From contig CAVYQA010000030.1 of NCBI GenBank assembly GCA_963770495.1, positions 201,701 through 265,700 on the forward strand: a stretch of DNA of 64,000 bases, read 5' to 3'. A model generated the notes under the pieces. It made no database searches and was not told the origin of the DNA. It saw only the letters and a program-made list of their open reading frames with translations. Made by a program: the position numbers and the translations under genes. Positions 1 through 10,571 of this stretch are shown piece after piece. Source of the DNA: Chitinophagales bacterium (GTDB taxonomy: Bacteria > Bacteroidota > Bacteroidia > Chitinophagales > CAVYQA01). Each line of letters begins with the position of its first letter. Position 1 is the stretch's first letter.

Positions 1-3000
1 ATTGTAACCTATGGCAATGTTGTTATTGCTATTGTCTCCATAATCAAAACCAAACGCATTAACACCAATTCCAATATTATTATTACCTACATCTTCAAAA
101 TCCATAGTATTTTCTCCTATACCTATATTACCTGTTCCTGTTGAAATATCGTCTACCGACCCTTCGCCCATTCCTATATTATGAGAACCTGCTGTACCGG
201 TAAATGTAGCTTCTAAACCTCCCATTGTATAAGAGCCGATACCAATATTGTCACTTCCGGGACCATTACTGGTTGAACCTGTATAATACCCTGCCCAATA
301 ACCTACTGACACGTTATCTGAGCCAGTTGTAGTATTTAACCCTGACTGGTTGCCAATAGCAATATTACGAGCGCCGGTAGTATTGGCTTCTGATGCCTGG
401 TAACCAACTGCTGTATTGTTTGCTCCTGTGGTTACATTTAATGTCTGGTAACCAAGGGCAGTATTATAAGTAGCAGTAGAACCACCTTCAACACGACCTG
501 CATTAACGCCTTGAACTCCAAATTGGAAACCGGCACCATTTGCAGCAGTTGTACCTAAATAATTAGTGGGTGAAGCTGCTGGCGTATAGGCAATTGCATT
601 GCCCGTTAACTGCCATGCCGTAGCTGCTGTAGAAGCCGGTGTTACCCATGTGGGAACACCGCCTGTTACTGTCAATACCTGTCCGGCTGTACCTATAGTA
701 AGGGGTGAAACAAGCCCTGTTGCGTCATGGGTATAGAACATTTCTCCTGCAGTTGCATATCCCGGCAAATAAAGGGCATTAGCTGCTGCATTACCTAATG
801 TTACTGAATTGCTTACCGGGGCCGTTGCGCCGTTACCAATAGCGGTGGCATTAGTTAATGCCGCCGATGCTACATTGGCCTGGTAACCAATGGCAGTGTT
901 AAACGAACCCGTCGTATTAGCTAATAATGCCTGATTACCCAATGACGTGTTTTCTGAACCGGTAGAGTTGGAAGCCAATGCACTATCACCCACAGCAACG
1001 TCGTTAACCGCACCTGTTCTTATTCCAAATAATGAATTTGAGCCCACTGCCGTATTTGCACTATTATTAGAAATAGGTACCGATGTACCAAACATGGATT
1101 GGTAGCCGATGGCTACGTTGTTTGAACCGGTTGTATTATTGAATAATGCCGTTTCCCCAATTCCCACGTTGTTGTTACCCGTTGTGTTTTCTATTACAGA
1201 CCTGTCACCTACTGCTGTATTATTTGCACCAGTGGTATTATAGGTCATTGAACTGTTACCCAAAGCTGTATTCCTTTGGCCGGTTTCTGCTGTTAATCCT
1301 CCCAATGCCTGGAAACCTAATGCTGTATTATAACTGGTACCGTTGGCAAGTGATAATGCCTGGTAACCGATTGCTGTATTGCCTAATCCTGTTTGTAGCG
1401 ATTCCATGGTTTGGTATCCCATGGCCACATTGAATGAACCACTAGTATTAGCTGTCAAGGCCTGAACACCAAAAGCATCATTATTTGAACCACTTGTATT
1501 ATTCTGCAATGCTCCATAACCAACGGCATCATTGTAATTAGCTGTATTAGCTTTTAATGCCTGATAACCCATCGCAGTATTATCGTTATTAGTGATGTTG
1601 GATAATAAGGCGTCATATCCTACTGCTGTATTGCTTGATCCGCTGGTATTGGCTTTTAATGCCTGGTAGCCCACTGCCGTGCTTCCTGTTGCTGTGTTAG
1701 CATTTAAGGATTGGTAACCCAAGGCTGTACTTGATCCGGTAGTGCCCTCTACACGACCGGCGTTAACGCCGCTAACTCCAAATTGAAAACCTGCACCACC
1801 ACCGGAGGTAGTACCTACATAAGTAGCAGGAGCAGCACTAAAACTATAGGAAACACCATTACCCGTTAATTGCCATGCTGTTGCTGAAGTACTTAGTGTT
1901 GTCCATGTGGGTATGCCACTGCCATTGGCTTCTAATACCTGTCCATTGGTACCATTACCAAGCCAAGTTGGCGCTCCTGCACCTGCTGATAATAATATAT
2001 TTCCTGTTGTGCCTGCAGTAGCCTGAAATGCCGAGGCTGCGCCTGTGCCATATAATATTGTTCCTGCTGTACCTATTAATGATATAACTGGTGTTGTAGT
2101 TGGATTTGTAACACTCAAAGGTGCATTTGCATTAACTGATGTTACGGTACCACCTGATGGGGTTGCCCATGTGGGAACGCCGCCGGTCCATGTTAACACC
2201 TGGTTAGCTGAACCTGGCGTAATGGCTGATAGAAGACCACTTGCTGCCGAAGTGTAATACATTTGACCAGGTGTATTGTAAGAACTGCCCGGTATATAAA
2301 CACCTGTAACTGATGCATTACCTAATGTTACTGAATTGCTTACCGGCGCTGTTGCCTGGTAACCGATTGCCGTAGCATTGGTAAGTGCCCCTGAAGCTAC
2401 ATTTGCCTGGTATCCTAATGCTGTATTACCTTCTCCTGTTGTATTTGCAGATAAGGCTGAATCTCCAACTGCCACGTTCTGGTTACCTGTATTATTTAAC
2501 AATGCCGTAGCACCTATAGCGGTGTTGCTGACAATACCACTGCCCGATGCCACATCAAGAGCCTCAAATCCAACGGCTGTGTTTGCATTACCTGATACCG
2601 TGCCGTTACCGGTAAAATTACCCCCCATAGCAAATAATCCGACTGCTGTATTTAAACTGCCATCAGTAATACTATATCCTGTACCTCTTCCTATTGTAGT
2701 ATTTCCAAAAGATTGAGTAGTATAAAGATTAGTAGCACCCGAAACTCCGCTGGAACTGCCTCCTGTGCCTATATATCTTCCTGCATAGAAACCCACTACA
2801 GTATTAAACTCACCCCCTGTAACAGGCGACAGTGCAAAATCTCCCAATGCTATGTTATTGGTTGCGGAAGCAGTAGCTGAACCTAATGCGCCAAGCCCCA
2901 TAGCAATATTATTTGTACCGGCATCATTATTACCAGCAGGTCCATAACCATTTCCAGAAGCTGTTGCGCCAAAATAATAATTATCATTTGTCAAATCTAT

Positions 3001-6000
3001 TACGCCATTATTGCTGGAAAAATTCCAACGGGTAACTGAGGTGTTACCTTCTTGTATTTCAGCACTTGCAGTTGCTGATGCACCGTAGCCAATTGCTGTA
3101 GCATTGGATAAAGCGGCTCCTATCTGGCTAGTAGCTCCAATTGCTGTATTATCAGAACCACTTGTTAGAGTAGTTCCTGCGCCCTGTCCTATAATTACGT
3201 CGCTGCTTCCCGAAACAACGCCGGTGGCTGCAGCTTCACCTATAACTACGTCGCTGGCTCCCGAAAAGGTGTTATCCGCAGCATCATATCCCAATGCTAC
3301 GTTATTACTACCTGTCATACTAATGGCAGAATTAGTACCCACTGCTACATCTGCTTGTTCTGAAACGCCGTTTCGTAATGCCTGTGAGCCAATGCCGACA
3401 TTATAACCGTTATTAGAGCCCGAATTATTACTTGCCAAGGCGAAAAGACCTACAGCTACACTTTGTATTTCGCCGGTCTCTGTTTCCAATGCACCATATC
3501 CTACTGCCACATTCTGATTACCGCTACTATTATTTGATTCCATAGCATCATATCCTATAGCAACGTTTTTAACGCCGCTTACGTTGTTAGCCATAGCTGA
3601 GTCGCCAACGGCTGTATTTGGTCCGCTTGCAATGGTAACGTTGTTAAGTTTTAATGCGTTTGCACCAACGGCGGTGTTGCCGCTGCCAGTGGCGGCTGCT
3701 AAGGCATTAACACCAAAGGCTGTATTATTACCGCCGGTAGTGTTGGCATCTAATGCATTATAACCCACACCGGTGTTGCCGGTAGCGGTAGTAATATGCT
3801 GTAAGGCATTTTGTCCGACTGCTACGTTAAAGGTGCCGCTGGAGCTTTTTTCTAAAGCTGATGCACCCATGGCAACGTTACCATTGGCAGCTGTATTAGT
3901 ATATAATGAACTATCTCCTATAGCTACGTTATCAGAGCCGCTTGTATTACTGTAATCAGCCACATAACCTACTGCGGTGTTTTGTGCACCGGTGTTTTTA
4001 TTTAATGCCAAACCGCCTACTGCTGTATTATATGAACTGATAGTGTTAGTTAATAAGGCTTCGTATCCTAATGCTGTATTGTTTATTCCTGAAGTATTGC
4101 TTAAGGCTGCTTCATATCCCAGGGCGGCATTATCTGCTCCTGTGTTCGCATGTAAGGCTTCATATCCAACAGCAGTACCAAAAGTACCGGTGCTATTTAA
4201 TGACAAATAACCAATCCCGGTATTACCACCGGATTCAATACGTCCGGCGTTATTGCCTAATACCGCAAATTGAAAACCTGTGCCCCCTGAAGAGTTAGTA
4301 CCCAAATAAGTAGTGGGTGTAGCACTAAAAGCATAAGCAGCAGTAGTATTACCGCCTGTTACGTTCCAGGCATTGGTGGCTGCGGAGGCATTCGTCCATG
4401 TTGGAATGCCGCCAGCAAGGGTTAATATTTGCCCGTTGGTACCTGCTGCTGTTGATGAAACAAGTCCGCTTGCAGCAGAAGTATATAATAATGAACCAAC
4501 CGAAGTATATCCCGGCAAATAAAGACTGTGAACTGCAGTATTACCCAGTGTTACTGAATTGCTAACGGGCGCTATTGCACCATTACCAATTGCTGTGGCA
4601 TTGGTTAAGCCATCAACACTTACATTAGCAAGATAACCTATGGCAGTATTGTTTGTGCCCGAAGCATCATTTGAGAGTGCCCCGTATCCCACTGCAACTT
4701 CATTATTTCCACCACCAAAACCGGTACCTATATTATACAAAGCTGAATCGCCAATCGCTGTATTTTCATTATTTTGGAAACCATTATACATCGCCTTATA
4801 ACCAAGCACTGAATTGCCGTAGGTAAAATTACCTATTGGAGAACCAAGCATGGCTTCATATCCAATAACCGTATTTGCATTACCTGTACCTGTGGGTGAA
4901 GTGCTTCCACCGCCGGCTAAGTTTTTGCTGGCTCCGTAACCAACTGCAACATCGCCAAATGTGCCTGAACTGGGAAGTGAAACACCTCCATTGGTGTAAG
5001 CTCCAATTGCAACATCGCTGTTGTTCGTTGAACCGCCATAAAGAGATTGATAACCTAATGCCGTATTGTTATCTCCTGAAAACATGTTATATCCAGAATT
5101 ATATCCTACAGTTGTATTGTTATTCCCATCACCACTATTATAAGAATAATCACCAATGGCTACATTATTATTACCCACATCATTACTCCACTGTGATTCA
5201 TACCCGATACCTATATTTTCAGACCCCGTTGTTAAATAATCAACTGATTGTTCGCCAATACCTATATTATAGGTACCGGTATTATTTTGAGTCCAAATGG
5301 CGGAATTCTCAGCCTGGTATCCAACAGCTATGTTGTGCGAGCCGGTGGTAACCCCATTTAAAGCCTGGTCGCCAAGGGCGGTATTAAATGAACCGGTAGT
5401 ATTGGATTGTGCCGCTAAATACCCAATTGCCGTATTATCTGTTATAGTAGTTGAAGCGCCGGTGCCCTCCAGAGCCCCGTAGCCGATAGCCGTGTTATTA
5501 ATACCTGTGGTAGTATTAGCTAAAGCCAGGTAACCTAAGCTGGTAGTATAATATGAACCATGAGCTGCATTTCCATCTTCAATACGTCCTGCTGTGCTGC
5601 CAAATACTTTAAATTTTAATCCCTGGTCATCAATGGTACCAAGATAGTTAGTGCTATAAGCTGTTCCGGTATTACCGGTAAGCTGCCATGCAGTAGCTGC
5701 TGTAGAAGCCGGTGTTGCCCATGTTGGAACGCCACTCGACCATGTTAATACCTGGTTAGCTGAACCCGGTGTTATAGCTGTTAAAAGACCGCTGGCGGCT
5801 GAAGTATAATACATATTTCCCGGTGTATTATAACCGCTGCCGGGTATATACAAACCTGTAACTGATGTATTGCCTAATGTTACTGAATTGCTCACCGGAG
5901 CCGATGCCTGGTAACCAATTGCTGTTGCATTGGTAAGGTTATTTGCACCTACATTCGCAGCAGTACCTAATATTGTATTATTAGAGCCTGTAGTATTTGC

Positions 6001-8241
6001 TAAACCCGCTTGGTATCCTAAAAAGGCATTACCGCCTCCTGTAGTGGTATTGATACCTGCATTTGAACCGATGAATGTTCCCTGGCTTGCACCATAATAA
6101 ACTGCACTATCTGTTTGAATCGGGTTATACCCAACAAATGTATTATCCGATTCGTTAGATGTGGCGCTTGCTGCCGCATTCCAACCTGAGCCATAGCCAA
6201 GGAATGTATTGTCATTAGCAGTATTAGTGCCATTATAAGCATTTGTATACCCTGCCTGGTAACCCAAAAAGGTATTAAACACACCAGCATTACCAGAACT
6301 AATAGGAAGAGTATTGGCAGCCAGCGCCAAAAAAGCGTTCTTATGAGCATCACCGGCAGAAGAAGCAGCACTATAGCCTGCCTGGTAACCGATTGCCGTG
6401 TTACCATAATAAGCTACAAAAGCTCCTACTGTTGTTGGCGCACTGACGCTGATAGCGCTCAGGCCTGCCTCGTGTCCTATTAATGTTGTTCTTAAAAAAT
6501 TAGCCGAATTATCATAATAACCTACTTTATATCCAATAGCTGTGTTACCGCTTGAGGTAACTGTACCGGTTTGCGACTTAAGGGCTGCGTAACCCATTAA
6601 AACCTCGAAGTCGCCTGCCGTATTTCCTGCGCCGGCGCTATCGCCAACTGCTGTATTTTTTACGCCGGAAGTTGTAGATACAAGAACCGACATTCCAACG
6701 CCTGTATTATTTCCGCCCGATGTAGTGCCCGCTAATGCCCGGTATCCTACTGCTACGGTTCCAAGACCACTGTAACTACCGCCTCCTACGTTCAATGCTG
6801 AGTCACCAATAGCCACGTTGCCATTACCACCGAAATTACCTTGAAATGCCTCAAACCCTACCGCTGTATTACCATAAGACTGATTTCCTAATGCACCTGA
6901 GCCATACATCGCATAGTAACCCACCAATGTATTGGCATTACCTTGTCCTGTTGCTGAACGGGTTCCTCCGCCGTTTACCCATCCGCCAGCATAATAACCA
7001 ACCATAACATCTCCAAATACACCTTGATTTGAACTTCCTAAATACCCTTGATCAACGAACGCTCCTATTGCAACGTTTGCGCTGTCAAGTACTGAACCAC
7101 TATTAAGAGCTTCATAACCCATTACCGTATTACCACCTCCTACGCCCGGAACTGAAAAAGCCTTATACCCTACTACTGTTTGCTGGCTACCATAATTTGC
7201 AGTAGCACTGGTATTTGCTAACATTGCCTGGTAACCTAGTGCCGTGTTACCGGTTCCCGTGGTATTGTTCATTGCCGCATCATAACCGACAGCTGTATTT
7301 CCTACAGCTGTATTCAAGGCTAATGCCGAATCACCTATTGCTGTGTTATCCGAACCTGTTAAATCGCTAAATAAAGCTCCAAATCCAACAGCAACATTAA
7401 GTCCCTTTAGTGCTGTATTAGTTGTAGCAAAATTGTATAATGAATAGTCACCAATTGCTATATTATATGATGACAATATATTAGAATGCAAAGCTGAGTA
7501 ACCTATGGCAAGATTATAATTACCTGTTGTATTTGAAAAAGCCGTCCCGTAACCCAATCCTAAATTTTCTTTACCGGTTGTATTTGCAGCCAAGGACTGA
7601 TAACCTACTGCAGTATTAACTGCTCCCGTTGTATTTGATGCTAAAGCGCTATCACCTACCGCTACAGTTAGACTAACTGTACTATTACGTAATGCTTCCT
7701 TGCCTATTGCAGTATTAGAGGAATTAGTTGTTCCTGTGCTTAACGCCAAATAACCTATCGAAGTATTTCCATAAGCCCCGTTTGCCGCGTTAATATCTTC
7801 TATTCTCCCTGCTGTGAAGCCGTTTACCTCTAACTTAAGGGCTTGGTCTGTGCCGCTTATAGTACCTATAAAATTAGCCGCATAGGTTACCCCGCTGTTA
7901 CCTGTTAACTGCCATGCAGTTGCCGATGTGGCTCCTGTGGACCAGGTGGGAATACCCGAAGCGTTTATAGTAAGTATTGCTCCCACACCGCCCGACGGCA
8001 ATGCATACACATCGCCGGTCAGGTTGTTTACATACATAATATTGGAGTTGGAGGTAGCAGCCGTGTTATAGAAGCCCCCAGCGGTTTTAAGTCCATTAAT
8101 ACGTATTGTATTAGCGGTTCCGGCTATTTCCAATTTTTGGGCAGGTGCGGCGGTACCAATACCTACATTCTGTGCGTTTGCTGCTATTGTAGCCAGCATT
8201 AAAACAGCACTGATAGTTAGAACTTGTAAAAACTTTTTCAT
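1..8241 (-). CDS. Giant secreted repeat protein (fibre/adhesin-like, YadA-head-like N-x-A-x-G-Y-x-A-L repeats). Start at 8241; runs off the left edge with at least 2747 codons in the window.
   Basis: Manual minus-strand translation from the ATG at 8241 gives MKKFLQVLTISAVLMLATIAANAQN, a signal peptide. I checked the frame as open and in phase at ~6450, at ~4230 (..AGRIESGGNTGIGYLS) and at 1-60 (..NAFGFDYGDNSNNNIAIGYN). It is missing from the ORF track because there is no stop inside the window. A module '..PTW..TAWQLTGN..AGRIE' recurs five times (near 7905, 5685, 4365, 1870, 612). It is a paralogue of 14166..18239. Confidence 0.85.
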   Translation of the reverse strand, partial: MKKFLQVLTISAVLMLATIAANAQNVGIGTAAPAQKLEIAGTANTIRINGLKTAGGFYNTAATSNSNIMYVNNLTGDVYALPSGGVGAILTINASGIPTWSTGATSATAWQLTGNSGVTYAANFIGTISGTDQALKLEVNGFTAGRIEDINAANGAYGNTSIGYLALSTGTTNSSNTAIGKEALRNSTVSLTVAVGDSALASNTTGAVNTAVGYQSLAANTTGKENLGLGYGTAFSNTTGNYNLAIGYSALHSNILSSYNIAIGDYSLYNFATTNTALKGLNVAVGFGALFSDLTGSDNTAIGDSALALNTAVGNTAVGYDAAMNNTTGTGNTALGYQAMLANTSATANYGSQQTVVGYKAFSVPGVGGGNTVMGYEALNSGSVLDSANVAIGAFVDQGYLGSSNQGVFGDVMVGYYAGGWVNGGGTRSATGQGNANTLVGYYAMYGSGALGNQSYGNTAVGFEAFQGNFGGNGNVAIGDSALNVGGGSYSGLGTVAVGYRALAGTTSGGNNTGVGMSVLVSTTSGVKNTAVGDSAGAGNTAGDFEVLMGYAALKSQTGTVTSSGNTAIGYKVGYYDNSANFLRTTLIGHEAGLSAISVSAPTTVGAFVAYYGNTAIGYQAGYSAASSAGDAHKNAFLALAANTLPISSGNAGVFNTFLGYQAGYTNAYNGTNTANDNTFLGYGSGWNAAASATSNESDNTFVGYNPIQTDSAVYYGASQGTFIGSNAGINTTTGGGNAFLGYQAGLANTTGSNNTILGTAANVGANNLTNATAIGYQASAPVSNSVTLGNTSVTGLYIPGSGYNTPGNMYYTSAASGLLTAITPGSANQVLTWSSGVPTWATPASTAATAWQLTGNTGTAYSTNYLGTIDDQGLKFKVFGSTAGRIEDGNAAHGSYYTTSLGYLALANTTTGINNTAIGYGALEGTGASTTITDNTAIGYLAAQSNTTGSFNTALGDQALNGVTTGSHNIAVGYQAENSAIWTQNNTGTYNIGIGEQSVDYLTTGSENIGIGYESQWSNDVGNNNVAIGDYSYNSGDGNNNTTVGYNSGYNMFSGDNNTALGYQSLYGGSTNNSDVAIGAYTNGGVSLPSSGTFGDVAVGYGASKNLAGGGSTSPTGTGNANTVIGYEAMLGSPIGNFTYGNSVLGYKAMYNGFQNNENTAIGDSALYNIGTGFGGGNNEVAVGYGALSNDASGTNNTAIGYLANVSVDGLTNATAIGNGAIAPVSNSVTLGNTAVHSLYLPGYTSVGSLLYTSAASGLVSSTAAGTNGQILTLAGGIPTWTNASAATNAWNVTGGNTTAAYAFSATPTTYLGTNSSGGTGFQFAVLGNNAGRIESGGNTGIGYLSLNSTGTFGTAVGYEALHANTGADNAALGYEAALSNTSGINNTALGYEALLTNTISSYNTAVGGLALNKNTGAQNTAVGYVADYSNTSGSDNVAIGDSSLYTNTAANGNVAMGASALEKSSSGTFNVAVGQNALQHITTATGNTGVGYNALDANTTGGNNTAFGVNALAAATGSGNTAVGANALKLNNVTIASGPNTAVGDSAMANNVSGVKNVAIGYDAMESNNSSGNQNVAVGYGALETETGEIQSVAVGLFALASNNSGSNNGYNVGIGSQALRNGVSEQADVAVGTNSAISMTGSNNVALGYDAADNTFSGASDVVIGEAAATGVVSGSSDVIIGQGAGTTLTSGSDNTAIGATSQIGAALSNATAIGYGASATASAEIQEGNTSVTRWNFSSNNGVIDLTNDNYYFGATASGNGYGPAGNNDAGTNNIAMGLGALGSATASATNNIALGDFALSPVTGGEFNTVVGFYAGRYIGTGGSSSGVSGATNLYTTQSFGNTTIGRGTGYSITDGSLNTAVGLFAMGGNFTGNGTVSGNANTAVGFEALDVASGSGIVSNTAIGATALLNNTGNQNVAVGDSALSANTTGEGNTALGYQANVASGALTNATAIGYQATAPVSNSVTLGNASVTGVYIPGSSYNTPGQMYYTSAASGLLSAITPGSANQVLTWTGGVPTWATPSGGTVTSVNANAPLSVTNPTTTPVISLIGTAGTILYGTGAASAFQATAGTTGNILLSAGAGAPTWLGNGTNGQVLEANGSGIPTWTTLSTSATAWQLTGNGVSYSFSAAPATYVGTTSGGGAGFQFGVSGVNAGRVEGTTGSSTALGYQSLNANTATGSTAVGYQALKANTSGSSNTAVGYDALLSNITNNDNTAMGYQALKANTANYNDAVGYGALQNNTSGSNNDAFGVQALTANTSGSFNVAMGYQTMESLQTGLGNTAIGYQALSLANGTSYNTALGFQALGGLTAETGQRNTALGNSSMTYNTTGANNTAVGDRSVIENTTGNNNVGIGETALFNNTTGSNNVAIGYQSMFGTSVPISNNSANTAVGSNSLFGIRTGAVNDVAVGDSALASNSTGSENTSLGNQALLANTTGSFNTAIGYQANVASAALTNATAIGNGATAPVSNSVTLGNAAANALYLPGYATAGEMFYTHDATGLVSPLTIGTAGQVLTVTGGVPTWVTPASTAATAWQLTGNAIAYTPAASPTNYLGTTAANGAGFQFGVQGVNAGRVEGGSTATYNTALGYQTLNVTTGANNTAVGYQASEANTTGARNIAIGNQSGLNTTTGSDNVSVGYWAGYYTGSTSNGPGSDNIGIGSYTMGGLEATFTGTAGSHNIGMGEGSVDDISTGTGNIGIGENTMDFEDVGNNNIGIGVNAFGFDYGDNSNNNIAIGYN

Positions 8242-8807
8242 CGAGGTTAATTTTATGTTACCGTAATTTATCGTTAATGTGAAGAACATCCCCTTTTAAA
8301 TAATGATTATTTATATATATATAATTAATAACAATTATTTAAAACAAAATACCGCTAAAAGTAATTTTTTTTTATGATAAAAGCAAACTAATATTAAAAA
8401 AAAGTTATCCCGGCTTAAAATAATTAATTATTAATATATAAATCCATTGTTAGTTAAGTGCTTTATACATATAATATATTATCATGGTACTGATTTTTAT
8501 ACCCGCTATACTATGAATATTCAATAGTATGAATTCATTAACAGTTAATCATTATATTAAAAAGTAACAGTTTTTAGTTTTCAAAACCGCATAAATAAAT
8601 TCATATTTTAAAAATTATAACGCGTATTTATTAAGTAGGCTTTTTGAATTTCCAAAATACACTTAATTAAATTTGAAATTTTGTATATTTATTCTGCATA
8701 TAAAATATAAAAAACAATTTTTATTTAACGATTATAAAATGGATTGTATTTTAATAGCACATTTGCATAATTATTTTACAAGTATTAAATAAGCTAACAT
8801 CGTATAT
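8242..8807. promoter_or_regulatory. Very A+T-rich divergent intergenic region between the giant repeat-protein gene and the Kir-like channel gene
   Basis: There is no ORF of 60 aa or more. It lies between divergent starts at 8241 (minus) and 8808 (plus). It contains a T9 run (8365-8373), an A8 run (8396-8403) and TA-rich tracts. Promoters are inferred from position only. Confidence 0.4.
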
Positions 8808-9749
8808 ATGGCAAAACATACCATAGACCCCGGCATAGGTGAAAAATACGTAACAGGCACACAACGTATCATGAACACTGATGGCTCATTTAACCTGAAA
8901 CGCGAAAATGTAAAATGGAAATATAAAAATGTTTACCAGGATCTTATTGAGGCTTCATGGACAAGATTTTTCCTGACAGTAATAACTGCTTTTTTTATCG
9001 CCAACCTGATATTTGCCACCATTTACTATCTCATCGGAATTAATCATTTAGCAGGTGGTCAGTATAATAATGTATATGAATCATTTTTAAATGAGTTTTT
9101 TTTTAGCGCACAAACCTTCACAACTGTTGGCTATGGCAGCCTTGCACCGCGCGGGCTATGGATGAATACGGTAGCCTCACTGGAAGCCCTGACCGGGTTA
9201 ATGACATTTGCTGTTATTACCGGTTTGCTATTCGGACGATTCTCTAAACCTAAAGCATTATTGGTTTATAGCGAAAAAGCCATCATTGCACCTTTTAAAG
9301 ATGGCAAGGCTTTAATGATACGCGTTGCCAACGGGCGTCCGAATACTTTAATCGAAATAGAAGCAAACATGTTGCTCACGATAGTAGAAAAAACACATAC
9401 TAATAAGATAAGGCGCTACTATCAGATGCACCTTGAACGCACCACCGTATATTTTTTGCCTCTTACATGGACAATTGTACATCCTATTGATGAACACAGC
9501 CCATTTCATGGCAAATCGCACGAAGAATTTTTAGAAAGCGAACCTGAAATATTGATTATGATTAAAGCCTATGATGAAACGTTCAGCCAAACCATTCACA
9601 GCCGTTCTTCCTACGTAGTTCATGATATAGAATGGAATGCGCGTTTTTTGCCTGCTTTTGGCACCGATGCTGACGGTAAAACAATATTTGAAGTGGATAA
9701 AGTGGGACTTTATGAAAAACTGGATAATAAATTAGTAGCGAAATCATAA
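8808..9749 (+). CDS. Inward-rectifier-type (KirBac-like) potassium channel
   Basis: Selectivity-filter motif FTTVGYG, flanked by two hydrophobic helices (FFLTVITAFFIANLIFATIYYLIG; LTGLMTFAVITGLLFG). A long cytoplasmic C-terminal domain follows, as in the IRK family. Confidence 0.8.
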   Translation: MAKHTIDPGIGEKYVTGTQRIMNTDGSFNLKRENVKWKYKNVYQDLIEASWTRFFLTVITAFFIANLIFATIYYLIGINHLAGGQYNNVYESFLNEFFFSAQTFTTVGYGSLAPRGLWMNTVASLEALTGLMTFAVITGLLFGRFSKPKALLVYSEKAIIAPFKDGKALMIRVANGRPNTLIEIEANMLLTIVEKTHTNKIRRYYQMHLERTTVYFLPLTWTIVHPIDEHSPFHGKSHEEFLESEPEILIMIKAYDETFSQTIHSRSSYVVHDIEWNARFLPAFGTDADGKTIFEVDKVGLYEKLDNKLVAKS

Positions 9750-10517
9750 AATCTTAGACACCTTAAATATTCCATTCTCATAAGTTACGCTGCCTACCGA
9801 TAAAGCACCCCAGTGAAAAAATAATAATTGCCATTGATGTTGGGCTGCGGCTTTGCCTATTTCAATACGTTTATCCGCTGCTGCTTTACCGTCATAATCA
9901 TATTTGGCAATAAATTTTCGTTGCAATTGTTGTGGCTGCGGAAGAACATCGCCGGCATAATAATATTGATTGTTGCCATCTGAAATTAAAAATGCCTGGT
10001 GGAAAGGGGTGTGCCCGTTAATAACTTCAAAATGAATCTCATTATTAATATTGCCATCTCCTTTTAGAAAGGTTAGGTTTTTAGATGATAATAAAAATTT
10101 CAGCTTTTCCTGTTCATACGAGTTGGAAATTTTATGCAAAGCAAAATCCATTTCAGCCTGTTGAACAAAATATTCGGCATTGGGAAACATAAGGTGGTAG
10201 GTGGTTTCAGCAGCATAAGCAATACCGCCTGCATGATCTTTATGCAAATGACTAATTAACACTTTTGTAACCGCGCCGGCAGAAAAGCCGGCATTACTTA
10301 TATTCAACCTTATTTGATATTCGCCGCTCTCAGTAATATGTCCAAGCCCGGGATCTATTACAGTAAGGTCATTTTTTGTTTTTATTAAGAATGGAACAAT
10401 ATCTACAAGCAATGATGCAGGGCGATATTTTAAATCATCAAGCCCTTCGGTGAACGGGATAAACTTTTTGCTGTCATCTACAGTAAATGTTCCTTCATAT
10501 AATGGAAAGACCGGCAT
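9744..10517 (-). CDS. MBL-fold metallo-hydrolase
   Basis: HxHxDH motif (SHLHKDHAGG) and later conserved His residues (INGHTPFH). Confidence 0.75.
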   Translation of the reverse strand: MPVFPLYEGTFTVDDSKKFIPFTEGLDDLKYRPASLLVDIVPFLIKTKNDLTVIDPGLGHITESGEYQIRLNISNAGFSAGAVTKVLISHLHKDHAGGIAYAAETTYHLMFPNAEYFVQQAEMDFALHKISNSYEQEKLKFLLSSKNLTFLKGDGNINNEIHFEVINGHTPFHQAFLISDGNNQYYYAGDVLPQPQQLQRKFIAKYDYDGKAAADKRIEIGKAAAQHQWQLLFFHWGALSVGSVTYENGIFKVSKIL

Positions 10518-10571
10518 TGATTGTGCTTTATTAATTCACGCAAATCTATAAAGGACTTTTTATCTTTAACC

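Noticed and set aside
1146-5482. Plus-strand ORFs offered by the track (1146..1433, 2045..2257, 2378..2716, 3104..3406, 3773..4298, 4875..5482)
   Set aside because: They are antisense to the continuous minus-strand giant gene. Their low-complexity, repeat-mirroring compositions are typical of shadow ORFs.
6018-6407. Minus-strand 129-aa ORF inside the giant gene
   Set aside because: It is in a different frame from the main ORF ((8241-6407) is not a multiple of 3). The main frame is open here and encodes the expected repeat motifs.
1-8241. Periodic DNA repeats that might suggest a CRISPR array or satellite
   Set aside because: The periodicity is coding, from ~14-aa protein repeats and kb-scale modules. 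There is no unit structure of identical short repeats separated by unique spacers.
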